The translations under genes were made by a program, and so were the position numbers. This document shows, in pieces, positions 1 through 13,000 of a stretch of DNA of 64,000 bases. The stretch is from contig ADNK01002286.1 in the NCBI GenBank assembly GCA_000320545.1, positions 62,001-126,000 on the forward strand, given 5' to 3'. Below the pieces are notes generated by a model. That model saw nothing but the letters and a program-made list of their open reading frames with translations, did no database searches and was not told the origin of the DNA. This DNA is from Bigelowiella natans CCMP2755. Its lineage: Eukaryota; Protista; Cercozoa. Every line of letters begins with the position of its first letter. Position 1 is the stretch's first letter.

Positions 1-27
1 CTGGAACACAACAAAGACAAGACGAAA

Positions 28-350
28 TGCGCGCACAAACCCATCTAGCCATGCATGCTAGCGCATGCAAGCTAGCAAGCATCGAACGTGATCGAGACGA
101 TGCGATAATCGAAGTGATCAAATTGCTACTCTAGTCTATTGTCTCTAGTACTGCTAGCTAGCTAGTAGCACTACTGTGATGAATGACGCTGGCGTTGCAT
201 TTGCACCTTTATGGCGTATGTACGTACGATGCGCCGGCGGAAGACTGACTGCAGAAGTTAGTATATTACACATACTAAACCCAACGACATGGGATCATTG
301 CAGTTATGCTGTGACTAAGCTAGTAAGGCTACGTCAGAACATGCTAGGTC
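28..350. other. Palindrome-rich tract T1 (CTAG/GCTAGC/CATG), beyond the 3' end of the KH gene
   Basis: ccatgcatgctagcgcatgcaagctagcaagc at ~49-80, ctgctagctagctagtagc at ~152-170, catgctagg at ~340. The presumed convergent partner gene would lie left of the window. Confidence 0.75.
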
Positions 351-1164
351 GACGGGATTTATCGACAACAATAACAACACCCTTGCAGAGTTGTGGTAAA
401 TGTGGAGTGGACAGGAAGAATAATAGAAACGAGGACGAGGAGGAGGAGGAGGAGGAGGAAAGAGAGGGGAGAGAGAGATGGCAGGGAGCAAGGGAGGATA
501 TATCTACTCGGGCATGATGACGAATCGGGAGATGCACGTATTCATGGACTGACATGACCACGCCGAGGGGTGGGGAAGAGAGGGGAATGATGATGATGAC
601 GATTATGGTGATGATAGGAGGAATAATGGGGATGGGGAGGGAGCGAGATGGCAGAGAGTAGTTGGGGGGAAAGCCAGACAAAGGGACCGGGCAGTAGAAG
701 TAGTAGTGTGACATAAAAGCAGCAGCAGCAGTAGCACATCGGATAGATATGGCGGGGGGCGGAGTGCATTTAACAGCAGAAACAGCAGCATATGATCGTA
801 GCAGTACAGATTTGGAGGAGGAGGAGTAGTAGTAAGGGTGGGTGCAGAAGTAGGGTAGTAGGGTAGCAGGAGGAGGAGGAGCAACTACTACTACTAGTTG
901 TAGTGGATGATGCCAGGGGACGTTACAACACGAGGGGGGGGTAAAGCAAGGAGGAGGGAGGGATGGGCAGGGACAGGGGCAAGGGCAGGGGCGGGGACAG
1001 GGGCGGGGGCGGGGGCGGGTAGGAGTATATAGGGTCGGGATGGGGGTGGGAGAGGGAAAATCTGGAGATGGTGTAGAAGATACTACTTCCAAATATTATC
1101 GTCCCACGTGGTGGCGATCTTGATTAAAATTCACAACGATGCTATTAATGATGTAGCAGCCTAA

Positions 1165-1518
1165 TTAATAGTATCCTTGGTATTGAGTGCCATATCTGAA
1201 CCACACAACAACAACAACAACAACAACAACATAGAATGGCATGGATTTTAGAACAAGCAATTATATTTTTACTAATGATCAAGATAGAGTGATGTTATTA
1301 TTTTATGTAAACGGAAATAGCTTCTTCAAGTGTTTGTCGCACGCCTTCTTTGTCTTCTACATCTATCAGCGATGTTTGATTCAGTACTACCCATACAAAG
1401 CCGCAGCCTGTGCAGCGAGGTCAGCAGCTCCTGGCGCCCCTAGGAAACGAGAGGACGAATACAGTAGTTGTTATTAATATAAATGCAGTCTTGAAATTGT
1501 CTGTGGAGGCTGAGAGAG

Positions 1519-1555
<37 letters not shown>

Positions 1556-3961
1556 ATAACAACATAAGACAAAACTTGCAGATAGCTCGATAAATTGAAA
1601 GGACCATCATCGTCGTTCGATCGTTCACCTACCTGTTGCTCCACCTGGAGGGATGTTTCCCCCACCTGGGCCTCTTCCAAAAGCTGCAGCAGCAGCCGCC
1701 GCCGCCGCAGCAGCTGCCGCCCCTGCACCTCCTGCTACCTGCCCTTGGCCTTGGGGCATGAAGCTGACGGGGGTGGGAAGATTAGAAGAAAACGACGTTC
1801 GCATTGCTATGAGGGTTGAGTACTTGTTCTATGGGGTGAAGCATGCTGTGATCTAGTGTGATAAAAACATCATCATCATCATCATCATCAACAACAACAA
1901 CAACAACATAGTTGCGACAACACGTCCATACCCTGCAACTTGCGCGCCTGTTTGTTGGTTCATCTTCTGATATATCAGGCTGAGAGCTAGCTGGTGTTGC
2001 GCCTGGTTTTTATGATGATAATGGGTAAATCCGGGACAGTGACACATATCGTTGAAGTCGGGGGGCAAAGGGGGAATGGGAAGAGGGGGGGGGTTTTGCA
2101 AAAACAAAGGTTTGATATTCACCAACATAAAAAGGTGCAGGTATTGTCAAGATAAAGTGTAAAATCATCATGTGATTAGGAATGTGAATAAATACTCTGT
2201 ACCCTTCTTCACTCCCCCCCCCCCCTTTTTATACCTGCGTGCCAGTTATAGTGACCATCCGCTCATGCGCCCCAGTCTTTGCATCTGCGATTTTGACCTA
2301 AATAACATTGCCATTATTTTAGGACGAGCCCTCGACATTTTTCTCCCTGATCATGTGTCATGTGGTTACCGTGGCGCCACTGCGTGTCCGAATCTCTTTG
2401 ATGCTTCTCCCCCCCTTACCAATGATCGATCCAATCAGGAAGTTGGGTACTGGAAGAACAACCTATGATACAGTACCAATCAAGATAACATATCAAATAC
2501 AGCACGTGTGGTCATGCTCCAACTCATGTTCCAAACTTTTCTGGAAGTACGTTAGAAAGTAGCTTATCATCATATTTCCTACCTGTGAGGCAGGTTCGTT
2601 AGGGTTGAAGGGAATTGCAGCCCCCCCCCCTGGCATACCCAACGTCACGTTGGAGGCGGCAGCAATATTAGGGTCCATCCTTGGCATGTAAGGTTGGTTT
2701 GTGACCCCCCAGCCTCCAGCGATTGTGACGTTGGTGCAGATACGCTCCACTCCCGCCCAGACCTGATCTGGGGATCCGGTGATAGCCACCTTTTGAATGT
2801 GGTTCGAATAATCAAATGGCACTCGAAAAAGGAAACCTTTTGATCTTGCGAGCACATGACTATTGTTAGCGCTTGTGTAGGGAGGCAAGACCCAATACAT
2901 AGCGGAGAAGTATTAACACCGAATGCACATAGTATGTGTCCATACTACCGATTTGTCCGTAGATCCAGGCAGGAGATCATCAGAAATCTTATATGTAAAT
3001 GTAAATTGTGATTTTGAGTGCTACGACCGACCTTCTTAACTCTTTACCAACCCCCACCAAAAAATCCCACAAATACACAAAACATATACACGATTGTAAG
3101 CACTCAAGAACACTCGCGCAGACTCATGTACCCACCTTAATATTTGCCTTAGTTTGCTCTACGATGAGCTTCATAACCACGTTGTCTTTTCCGACAATAG
3201 CACCGATTGCACCGTTGGGGATGAGCAGCGTTATGGAAGGCCCTCCTCCATCCTTTTTTTCCTCCTGCCCACTTTGGTAGTAGGTTGTCGTAGTGACCAT
3301 CTGGGAAAGAATGTTATGTACGACCAGACGCAAGCCTAGCATCACTAGTGTGGCAAGACCACGGACTGTGACCGTACGCTCAACCGATCCAGGCTGAGAG
3401 TTTGATACGTTAATATGGGCGCCGGAACTATTACGGTACCTAATAAACGATGCATTATATACATAGAGGAAAACCACGATTCTAGTGAGCAGAAGTATCT
3501 TCTTGGTGTCTTTCGAATATCTCTCCTTAGGCCACTTACTCGGCGATGACTGAACCACCCTTGCCGATTATACCCCCGACCCATTTCGAATTGAGAAGAA
3601 GACGTATTTCGATTTGGTCTTGATCTGGGTTACCCCCGGGAACAACAGGAATAGGAATCTCAGGGGCAGCTGACCCACTCGATTCAGCTCCTGTGGCCTC
3701 TTTCTTATCGTCTGTCTTCTGTTTCTTATCATTTTCGTTTTCTTCGGACTCGTCGCGAGAGCGCTTCTTCTGGGCTCGAAGTTCCTCCTTTTTCTTTTCA
3801 TCGCCGTCAGCCTCTTCTTTTTTGGGGGCAGACTCAGTCTCCTCCTTTTTCGGTGCAGTCTCTGGCTCGCTAGGGTTAGGATTTGCAGTCGTTGTGGTTT
3901 CGCTATTGTCAGGTTCTTGCTTTGCTTCCACGGCGGTGGTTGTGGGAGGGGCTTCTCCGCT
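1165..3961 (-). CDS. Triple KH-domain RNA-binding protein (PCBP/Nova/hnRNP K-like), multi-exon; 5' end probably extends to ~4250, start unresolved
   Basis: Spliced exons give KH1 IRLLLNSKWVGGIIGKGGSVIAEYRNSSGAHINVS...ERTVTVRG, KH2 ITLLIPNGAIGAIVGKDNVVMKLIVEQTKANIK...VAITGSPDQV and KH3 VVLPVPNFLIGSIIGKGGRSIKEIRTRSGATVKIAD...ERMVTITGTQAQHQLALSLIYQKM. Gly/Ala-rich tail; likely last exon YGTQYQGYY* with stop at 1165-1167. Confidence 0.9.
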
Positions 3962-4249
3962 CTGAACAAAAAATAATGCGCTTCACTAACTCGCAGGATA
4001 AAAGCACTATTGACATGAATACAGTAAACATAGCCAAGGACATTTAGTCTTATGTATCTTTGTTGCAATGCGAACAACCATGATCTTGTGTAGGCTGTAG
4101 TGTAGATGTTAACTAGAAGGGTGGGGCGCGGAAGGAGGAATGTAAGATTAACGATCAGCACTTTGTGATATTGATGTCGTTCATAAAACCAAAATATCAT
4201 TCAAAAGGGATGTCGCCTTTATAAAATAAAGTACACCTCTCGGCATTCT

Positions 4250-4877
4250 GAATACTAATGAATGACCTAGCAGCCTGGACTGTATCGACGGATTGTGTGT
4301 TGCGTCAATGCCTTCGGGCATGTTTAGCAAATCTTTGCGAGAATATGTTGTCGTAATTAATTTTTTATCGCTAATTTTTTCTTTTGGGAGAATTCCTTTT
4401 TAGGTTTTTTAAGATGTCTATCCAAACGCAATTGACGACTTTTTGCGCTTGGTGCAAGAAGCAGGCACGTGTGAAAAAAAAACACGCTTCGAACCAACTT
4501 CAAATCTCTTTTCGTGATCTAGTTTTCCAAATGTCCGAAAACTAAATTTCTCGTTTGAATGAGAGTACGAAATGCGAATTACATGTATTCGGATAATTCT
4601 ATCAGAAGATTCCTCACAACTTCCATAAAAGGTTGAGCGGCTGAGATGAAATGTAGGCAATTTCTTTTTTACGACGTCCTTTATTGGATGCTCTCAGCGA
4701 AGAAAAAGATACCTCCCTCAAAAAATCTGTAAGACTGTCGACATATTCCGGGGCATACATTTTCAGAAAAATGTCATTCTATTTTTGTTTACATTAAAAG
4801 CTTAAACGTACTTTTTGGTCAAAACGAGTCTCTTTTCTTTCCTTCTCCAAGGACGTACTGACTGAAAGTTCCGAAGA
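4250..4877. promoter_or_regulatory. Putative bidirectional promoter between KH gene and USP gene
   Basis: Head-to-head spacer, AT-rich, no microsatellites; assigned from position only. Confidence 0.45.
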
Positions 4878-6117
4878 ATGGCGGCTCGAGGGGTTGCTTG
4901 TTCCTTTCCATCTTCGTCCTCTTACACTGGGGCAAATGCACTCTTTTTCGACAGATCATTCCGACGATTTTCATTTTCACATGTTATATATTAATTGAAA
5001 ATCCTACTTTTCATCATTTACTTTCCTATCCCTCGTTCGAATGAGGATGTTGATGTTACTTCGTTGGGAGATCCAATTTTCTCGACGATGTTTCGTCCCC
5101 TAAGACACGTTTCAAGGGGGAGGAAAGCGGCCTAACATTAGCATACACCATCATTTCAAACACGATTCTGTATTGGCGCGAGTTTCTCCATATTACCGTG
5201 GAGCGCTAAGAGCGCTCTTTCGTCATTTTCGGAACGGAATTTCCTATATGGATATCCTCTTCGAAAATAAATATTGCATTTGCATGTTCTAGAATAGGAA
5301 TCCGTTCATCCAAGAATATAAAATTTGACATCCGAAATTTGCGTCGGGTTTTCCGATTTTGGGGCCTCTCGTTTCAGTTCTGACTTTGATTTTCATACGC
5401 ACACGATCATCGATGTACCATGTTATCCCACAAAATGGAACGGGTGCATTCACCTCATGGGTGTTCAAGCAGTGCAAAATTATTGCAACATTTTCACAAG
5501 TGAAAACTGTGACTATCCTGACCAACTATACTTTATCAGAGGATGCCGGGCCTCGTGGAGACGGAGGAGGAGGTACGAAGCTCCATGCTTATATTACTAG
5601 CTTGGGGCATGTCCTGTGTGCTTTACGAATGTAGAACGTAGGATTTCACAGTAGTTGCGAATCATAGAAACTGAGGGAAAGTTAACGTGTTTTCCTGCTG
5701 CTCTTTGTGCGTGTGTGTGGGGGGGGGGGGCGGATCATTTGGATGCGACCGTGCTTGAAATTAGGCTCTATACAAGCCTCCAGTAGAAACAACATCAACA
5801 CGTGTCACGCGCATACTGCAACACGACCACGATAAAGAAGATCCTTGAATGTTTAGTTGGTAGATTTGTCCTGTGACAAGCTCAATTGTCCTGTTGTAGG
5901 CAAGGTGTCCAAATCGTACATACTTCATTCTGTTCTGCTGCCTAAAGAGTCGTATACTTATGTGCACGTCGTCGTGTATTTATTATCAGGAGGGGACTGC
6001 CGAAGCTAGGACCTCTGATACTGTGAGTGTCGGAAGTTTGTTGGATGATGAGGTAGAAATGACAGTGATGATGATTATTATTAGTTGTAGTTGGGTCAAT
6101 GTAGTAGAAGTCCCACA

Positions 6118-6151
<34 letters not shown>

Positions 6152-7021
6152 ACAACATGGCGGGAATTGTTCACAGATAGACATCATCCAATTACGATAA
6201 GAGACCGGAGAGATTTGAAGTGCTTGATTTTGCATTTACTTAGGATGGAGGGGAGGAAGACGGAAAAAATAAGGAGGGGGGAGAGAAGACCCCAGCAAGG
6301 AGTGGCACGGACACGTCTTTAGAAGACTTTAAGGCGCAGTGCGTGCAGCTCCTACAAGCCCTCCGGAATGGTGTGTGATGACATTTTGGACGATAAAGAC
6401 CATATTTAGATTAGAATATACTTAATGAACCGGAAGAAGAATCATAATTTCGCGTGTGTGTACACCAAACATTCAAAAGGAGGTAGAGATAGGAAATAGT
6501 CTTGAATGATGTTGCCTGTGTATGTGATTACATTTCCACTAATACCCTTTCTCCTCCTCCTCCTCCTCCTCCTCCTCCTCCACCATTACCATCACCATCT
6601 TTACTCGTAGAACGTTATGACACGGAACGAGCTGTCATACAGTAAATATCCAGACGAATACCTAGCAATTCAAAACCACCAACTAGGAGTTGCTATTAAA
6701 TTATGTCCCTCCCTCCCTGCCCCCCCCCATCATTCAAGAATTATCGTGTTGTATCGCAGAAAATTATAGCTTGCTCCTTTTAATCTGTTCTTGCTTTGCA
6801 CGCAATGCGTTCTTGTACCCACTATTGTGTTGACGTATATAATAACCAAAGGTACGCATCATTTCTGATGTCTTGCCGGGACATTGAATTGCCACAAGAT
6901 AAGAAGGTAACGTCGAATAAGAACAGGAGTGCCAATCATAAGCACATCAAATATTACACGAGAAGAGAATGAGAATGGTAGGTTGAGAGGATTCTTTCTG
7001 AATTGTGGTCTGCGCGCTTGT

Positions 7022-7054
<33 letters not shown>

Positions 7055-7336
7055 ATTCTTTAAATCGGTAGGACTATTTTGTCTGCTCGTTCTTCGTCCA
7101 AAGTGTTAGCTCATTGCTGAATCGTAAGCTCGATAATGAAGAGCTTTTGGTACTTAAAGAAGTAGTAATAAGTAGTAGTAATTGTAATTGTAGTAATTCA
7201 GTAGCAGCAATAGTAGCATTTAAGAACAAGATGAAGTCATTATCATACATCAGTAGTGATTGTGCCGTATTTTGCAGCTGCTGCTGCTTTGGCATCACGA
7301 TGTATGTGTGACGAACACACACACATTCAAGCACCT

Positions 7337-7369
<33 letters not shown>

Positions 7370-8345
7370 CACTCTATACACCGTATTTAAAAGGTTTTGC
7401 GCGTAAATGAGGCGATTCAGGCAGTAGCAGATTTGGCCATAATGTACATTAATGATGACCGGCCGCAGGTGATTGATCATAAAGAGACGAGAGGAGAGGC
7501 AAGACCTATGATGATGATGATATGATGATGATGATGATGATGATGATGATGGGAAACCGTACAATTATGAAGTTCGCAAAGGATGAAGAATATATGTCGA
7601 TCTTTCAAATACCGCCAAATAGAAATTTATATTCCTGTCGTTATTCTATGTTTGTCACCATTATCATCTTGACCTTGATGTGAATTATTTTTATGCTTAT
7701 TCCTTCTCTCTCTGCTACCTCCCAGGTACTGGAAGCTCTTAGTATTTCTTTGAATAAGAATAGACCATATTATCAAAAATACGGCCATGAAGAACCGCAA
7801 GGAGCAGGTATATGTATAAATGTGCGAGTGCGAGTGTGCGTGTGCGTGTGCGTGTGCGTGTGCGTGTGCGTGTGCGTGTGCGTGTGCGTGTGTTGGATAT
7901 GCAAAGCGTGCAGACAGAAATGTGCGATTGAATGGTTTGTATTTCTCTAAGATTGGGCTGTATCGCTTTCGGAGAACGATCGTGAGTTCCGCACATCCCT
8001 GGAAGTAGGAAAATGGATCGATGCACGCACAGAGCAAGGTACTAGGACATTGTAGAAGAAGTGAGTAGCAATGATATACAATCCAAACGGTGATAGAAAT
8101 ACTACTACACACACTACTTCATATGAATGGCCCTGGATTTCATGTACATATGTGAGTGATGTATATCTTCTTATAAGACTCATCCTGATCATCCTCATCA
8201 TCTTCATTGTATGTTATGCTGCTTAGGGTGGTGGGTAGAGGCGCAGGTGGTTGACATGTCACCCGATATGAACCGTATCAAGATTGAATTTAAGGTGCTT
8301 TTTTTGAACCTCTTTAGTTCTCTTGTACCTCCCTCCCTTCTCTCT

Positions 8346-8403
<58 letters not shown>

Positions 8404-9199
8404 ACGCGCGCGCGCGCGATTTTCACACCTTTGTATTCGATTTTCCTTTATGTTCGGTACCATGATAACGGACGAGGTGCAGTTACTCATTGGAATACCC
8501 AAGCAGCATAGTAGCATAGTCATGAAAAGTATGGCGTGTACAACTGATAGCAACTATCTATTTATGCAGCACTTTACCGATGAAAACAGCTTCTCAGAGC
8601 TGCTAGACCTCAATTCGTCGGGGTACTGCTGCTTTTCATAACGTTGGAAGATTCTTTTTCAATTAGACCCAACGCGCATACTGTGCCGTTTGAGAATGTG
8701 CTTGCTCAAATCCATAACAAATCCATAATAACTATGATGACGTTGGCATAATCATAGTGTGTGAGTTGTCATCAAATAGTACCCTCATGACCGAGGTCAT
8801 TATCGGCACTTTCATTCACGTTAAGCAATGTTCAATCATCGCTATTTGACCCACGTACTTTTAACTTTATTTTTCCAGAAATCTGTCTCGCCTGGCCCCC
8901 CTACACACACACACAGCAAACAACAGAAACAAGCAGCAAAAGCGGCGCATTAGAGAATTTAAATTAGGTAATATATCGTACCTTTTATATCATCACTGCA
9001 TAGCAAATTTGGCTCTATTCTCTGTATTAAAAAGGCATACGCATATTCATCCTTAAATATAGGCGATTTAGTCACCGTTTACGACGAAAAACGCATGGCT
9101 GCACCAAGGACGGGGAAGATAACACGTAGAATTCCTCCAATATATACCCACGCATACACATGAATCACTCTCCGCCACCGCCCCCCTCTACATTCAGAG

Positions 9200-9235
<36 letters not shown>

Positions 9236-9987
9236 TGGGATTCATATGTATTGTACCTATAATGTTGATGAAATTTCGCATGTACTTTGTTTTGAACCCG
9301 TCCTCTCCTCCTCCTCCTCCTCCTCCTCCTCCTCCTCCTCCTTCCCCCCTCAGAAATCACACCCCGATCTCGCATGGAGGATTTGCTAACTATAGAGCTA
9401 CCAGATGGCCATTCCATCAAGACTCCACGTAACTATTATTATTATTATTATTATTAACAATAATCATTAGATGTTGCATAAGAAGCGACGGGCTGCAAAA
9501 TACCCCGACGAGAATATGCCTCTCCTTGTGAAGGGTGGTGGCTAATCTGTGTGGTCCTCCTCCTCCTCCTCCTCCTCCTCCTCCTCCATCATCGTCCCCT
9601 CCTCCCAGGCAACAAAAAGGGACTGCGGCTGGTGGAGAACGACAACGCGATGTTTCCAGCTGCCGGGGGGAAATCAAAGCTGCACCTCGCTGATAATAAG
9701 GCTGCTGCTTACATCGATAGTAAGCAGGAGGTCTTTCGTGTCGTTGCGGATGATGTACCGGTACATTTCACTCCGATCCACTTACATAATGAAATAATGC
9801 TGCTGCTACTGCTGCTGTTGTTTTTGTTGTCGTGTTGTTGTTTTTGTTGTCGTTGACGAAGCTGACCTGATAACTGACAATAACACAGGTGTGCCCGTAT
9901 CAAAACTCACCAAATGAACGCCCATGCGTCTTCATCCTGAGCAAAGGTGGTAGACGACGACCACGACGACAACATAGTAGTAGTAGC

Positions 9988-10018
<31 letters not shown>

Positions 10019-13000
10019 GTAGTAGTAGTAGTAGAGGCAAAACCGCACAAAAGAGAATATGAGGTTTCAGGGGGACATCATTCCCCCCTTTTACACGCAG
10101 TGAATCTTGCATTTAACAATGAAGGTAACGAGGTCGTTGCTACTGGACGAAGAGGCTGCTGGATTCAGCATAACGTCAATATGGGGTATATAGTAGTAGT
10201 AGTCGTAGTAGTAGTAGTAGCAGTAGTAGTGTGACTCTATCATCATCATTCCTTTCAATCAACATGAGTATGTGTTAACGACGACGACGACGACGACAAT
10301 AAATGTTACTAATAATCAGGCCTGGAGGGATGGTTCAACAAGGATGGACTAGCATCAAATCAAGCCAAGATGGGTAATAGTTCTAACGATAATACTAATA
10401 ACACGTGTCGTCGTCGTCGTCATCGTTGTCACCTAGAGAAGAAGAGAAAGAATAGAAAGACTGCAGAATCGAGCTACTAGGGATTGCGACACAAAATCTA
10501 ATACCATGGATATTGCGTGGCGATAAGTGAATTGGAAGTCTTCTTCTTCCTCTTCCTCCTCCTCCTCCTCCTCCTCCTCCTCCTCTTTTCCTTGACACTT
10601 GCTCTTTGTCACAGTTCCATCCAACTCGAATTGATAAATTACCAAGATAATGAGGAAAACGACGATAGCGAGGAAGGGGTTGAAGAAGAAGAAGAAGAAG
10701 AAGAAGAAGAGAACAAAGAAAATGCGGACTCCTCTGCTGGTGTTTCGATAGACGTTTGTGCGTCGAAACCCGCAACACCAACCTCGCCCTCTCCCCCATG
10801 CAATGAAGGCGATTTAGACGCCGCCGGTGACGGTTCTTCTGCTGTAACGACGACATCGAAAACAGCGATTTCAACTTCGAGAATGGGTAGGCAACAAAAG
10901 CAGGAGATGAAGAAGACGAAGAAGAAGAAGAAGAAGAAGAAGAGGGTGACAAGTAGATTACAAAGAAAGGCACTTCTCCCTCCTCCCTCTCTCCACCCCC
11001 TAGTCATTCGTGGAGACAGGAAGTGGAGCCTATTTAAGAACTATGAGCATTTCATAGCGAGGGGGGGGTTGGAAGCTATTATCGCTCGACTCAAGAAAGG
11101 ATGTTACAAAGCCACGAGAGCAACGGCAAGAAAGGGGAGGAGTAGGAGGAGGAACAAAGGCGACGAAGATGAGAAAAACAGGACGAATGGGCATGATAGT
11201 GAACAAAAGAACGAGAAAGGACCACAACGCGCCAACGATGGCTGCGGCAATGAAGGAGCAGGGAATGGCGCTACAGCGGAGAGGGAGGCGGAGGAGTGCG
11301 AACAGAGTGCAGCAGCACACAATCAGCATAGAAAACGGAGTGGAAGATTAGGAGGAGAAAAAGGAGGAAAACAACAAGCTAAAGATAAAGGGGGAAAAGA
11401 AAGCTGTTCTTCTTCTTCTTCCTCGTCCTCCTCTCCTTCCCGCCTCTCATCGTCATCATCGTCGCGTCAACAGCAGCTACTCTCTGCTCGGATCATGCAG
11501 AAGCTGGTGAGCGTATTCTGCATCCAAATCCAGATGCTGAGCCCAGACTATGCAAGGCGTGTCATACCGCGCTTCTACCGAGCACTGTTTCGATGCCATC
11601 AAGTGATGAACCAAGAGCAGGTGAGAGGGCTTTCTAAGGCCGGCGTGTTAGAAATGGAGGAGCACGTACTCACCGCTCTAAACATCGTATACTCCGAGGC
11701 ACAGTCAGAATCTATGCAGCTAGATTTAGGCCTCTGCTCAGGTCTAAAGCGCCTAAACTCCCAGAACATTGAAAGGAGGATGAACGGCCTCGAGCACATA
11801 ACCGAAGTAATGCATGCGGTCGTGTCGAAGAGCCATTGGTACCCAATAGAGGTTTGCCAATGGGTCCAAAGCAATAAGGTTATAAGCCGGTGTTTCGGGG
11901 GTGTCAACTCCCACCCGGAGCTTATGAGAGGCTGCAAGCAACTCCTGATCCAATTCTTAGCTGACAGAGGTGAGAGCTTCAACACAACGGAGATGTTCGA
12001 TGTGCTGTGGCGTGCTACTGTGCGCGTTGGGACTGGGCAGACCGAAGGCAAAGAGCAGCTCCTGGAGGTGTGGAAGGAGATTAAGTGGAGATGCCTGGAG
12101 GGGGAGGATATTGCAGCTCTCATCGCCAACTTCGAGCGACTCCCACGGAGTGAGTTCACCGTTTGGCTGATGCAGCTGCTGGCCATTCTGGTGATTGATC
12201 AGTACAAAAGCGACTATAAAACGATGGAGAGGGGTCTTCTGCTCGTTTGGAATCTAGCTCAGGATGACTCGAAGGTGCCGGAGAATGGCCAGCAAGAAGC
12301 CATGCTCATCCTCAAAGAATCGATCAAGTCGAAGCTCTCACCCTCCGAGCATTTGGAAGGCCGTATCATTGACCTCTGCGTCCAGAACATCAAGAGGCAC
12401 ACGTCGGTCTCCATTGCTCTCGAGATACTGATGCAGATTGCAGACCAGTACCCAGAGGATTTGGCTGTTGTTGCGGGCCAGAGGTACGATATGATGGGAG
12501 GTGTGATGAGCGCCAACAGAGCCCTCGGCTACGATGATGATGAGCACACAAGGTCGGAGCTCATACAGTACCTGGACCGAACCCACACGCTGGTCAATCT
12601 CATCTTGCTAGATCTCACCCATTTTCGCAGCAGCGTGATCTCAAGCTTAAAGAAGAAGGAGGAGGAGGAAAACACTGTTGGCGACGGTCAAAAGAAGAAA
12701 AGTACACATACTGCTAGCACAGACGAAAAATCCATTTCAACTACCGCTGCTGCTTCGGATGCTGTAACAAGTTCACACCAGTCACTTCCTAAATTATCGT
12801 CCTCCTCCCTCCTTGGTAATATCGACGAATCCTGGTACTTGAGTCAGATTAGGCAGAGGCTGCGCTTTCTGCACTACCTCCTATGCAACTCACACATCAC
12901 ACTGAGGAGGGACGTCATCACATCGATCTGGGAAATCCTCCACAACCGTGCCATCCTGCCCAACGAGCGCGAGTGCTGCTTCCAGTGGTTCGAGAACGCC

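Noticed and set aside
334-1092. 252-aa minus-strand ORF and overlapping ORFs
   Set aside because: Low-complexity translation of G-rich and triplet repeats downstream of the KH stop; no domain.
10517-10614. Apparent signal peptide (FFFLFLLLLL) at the start of the 1776-aa ORF
   Set aside because: It is a (CCT)n intron tail; the acceptor at 10614 joins upstream exons in frame.
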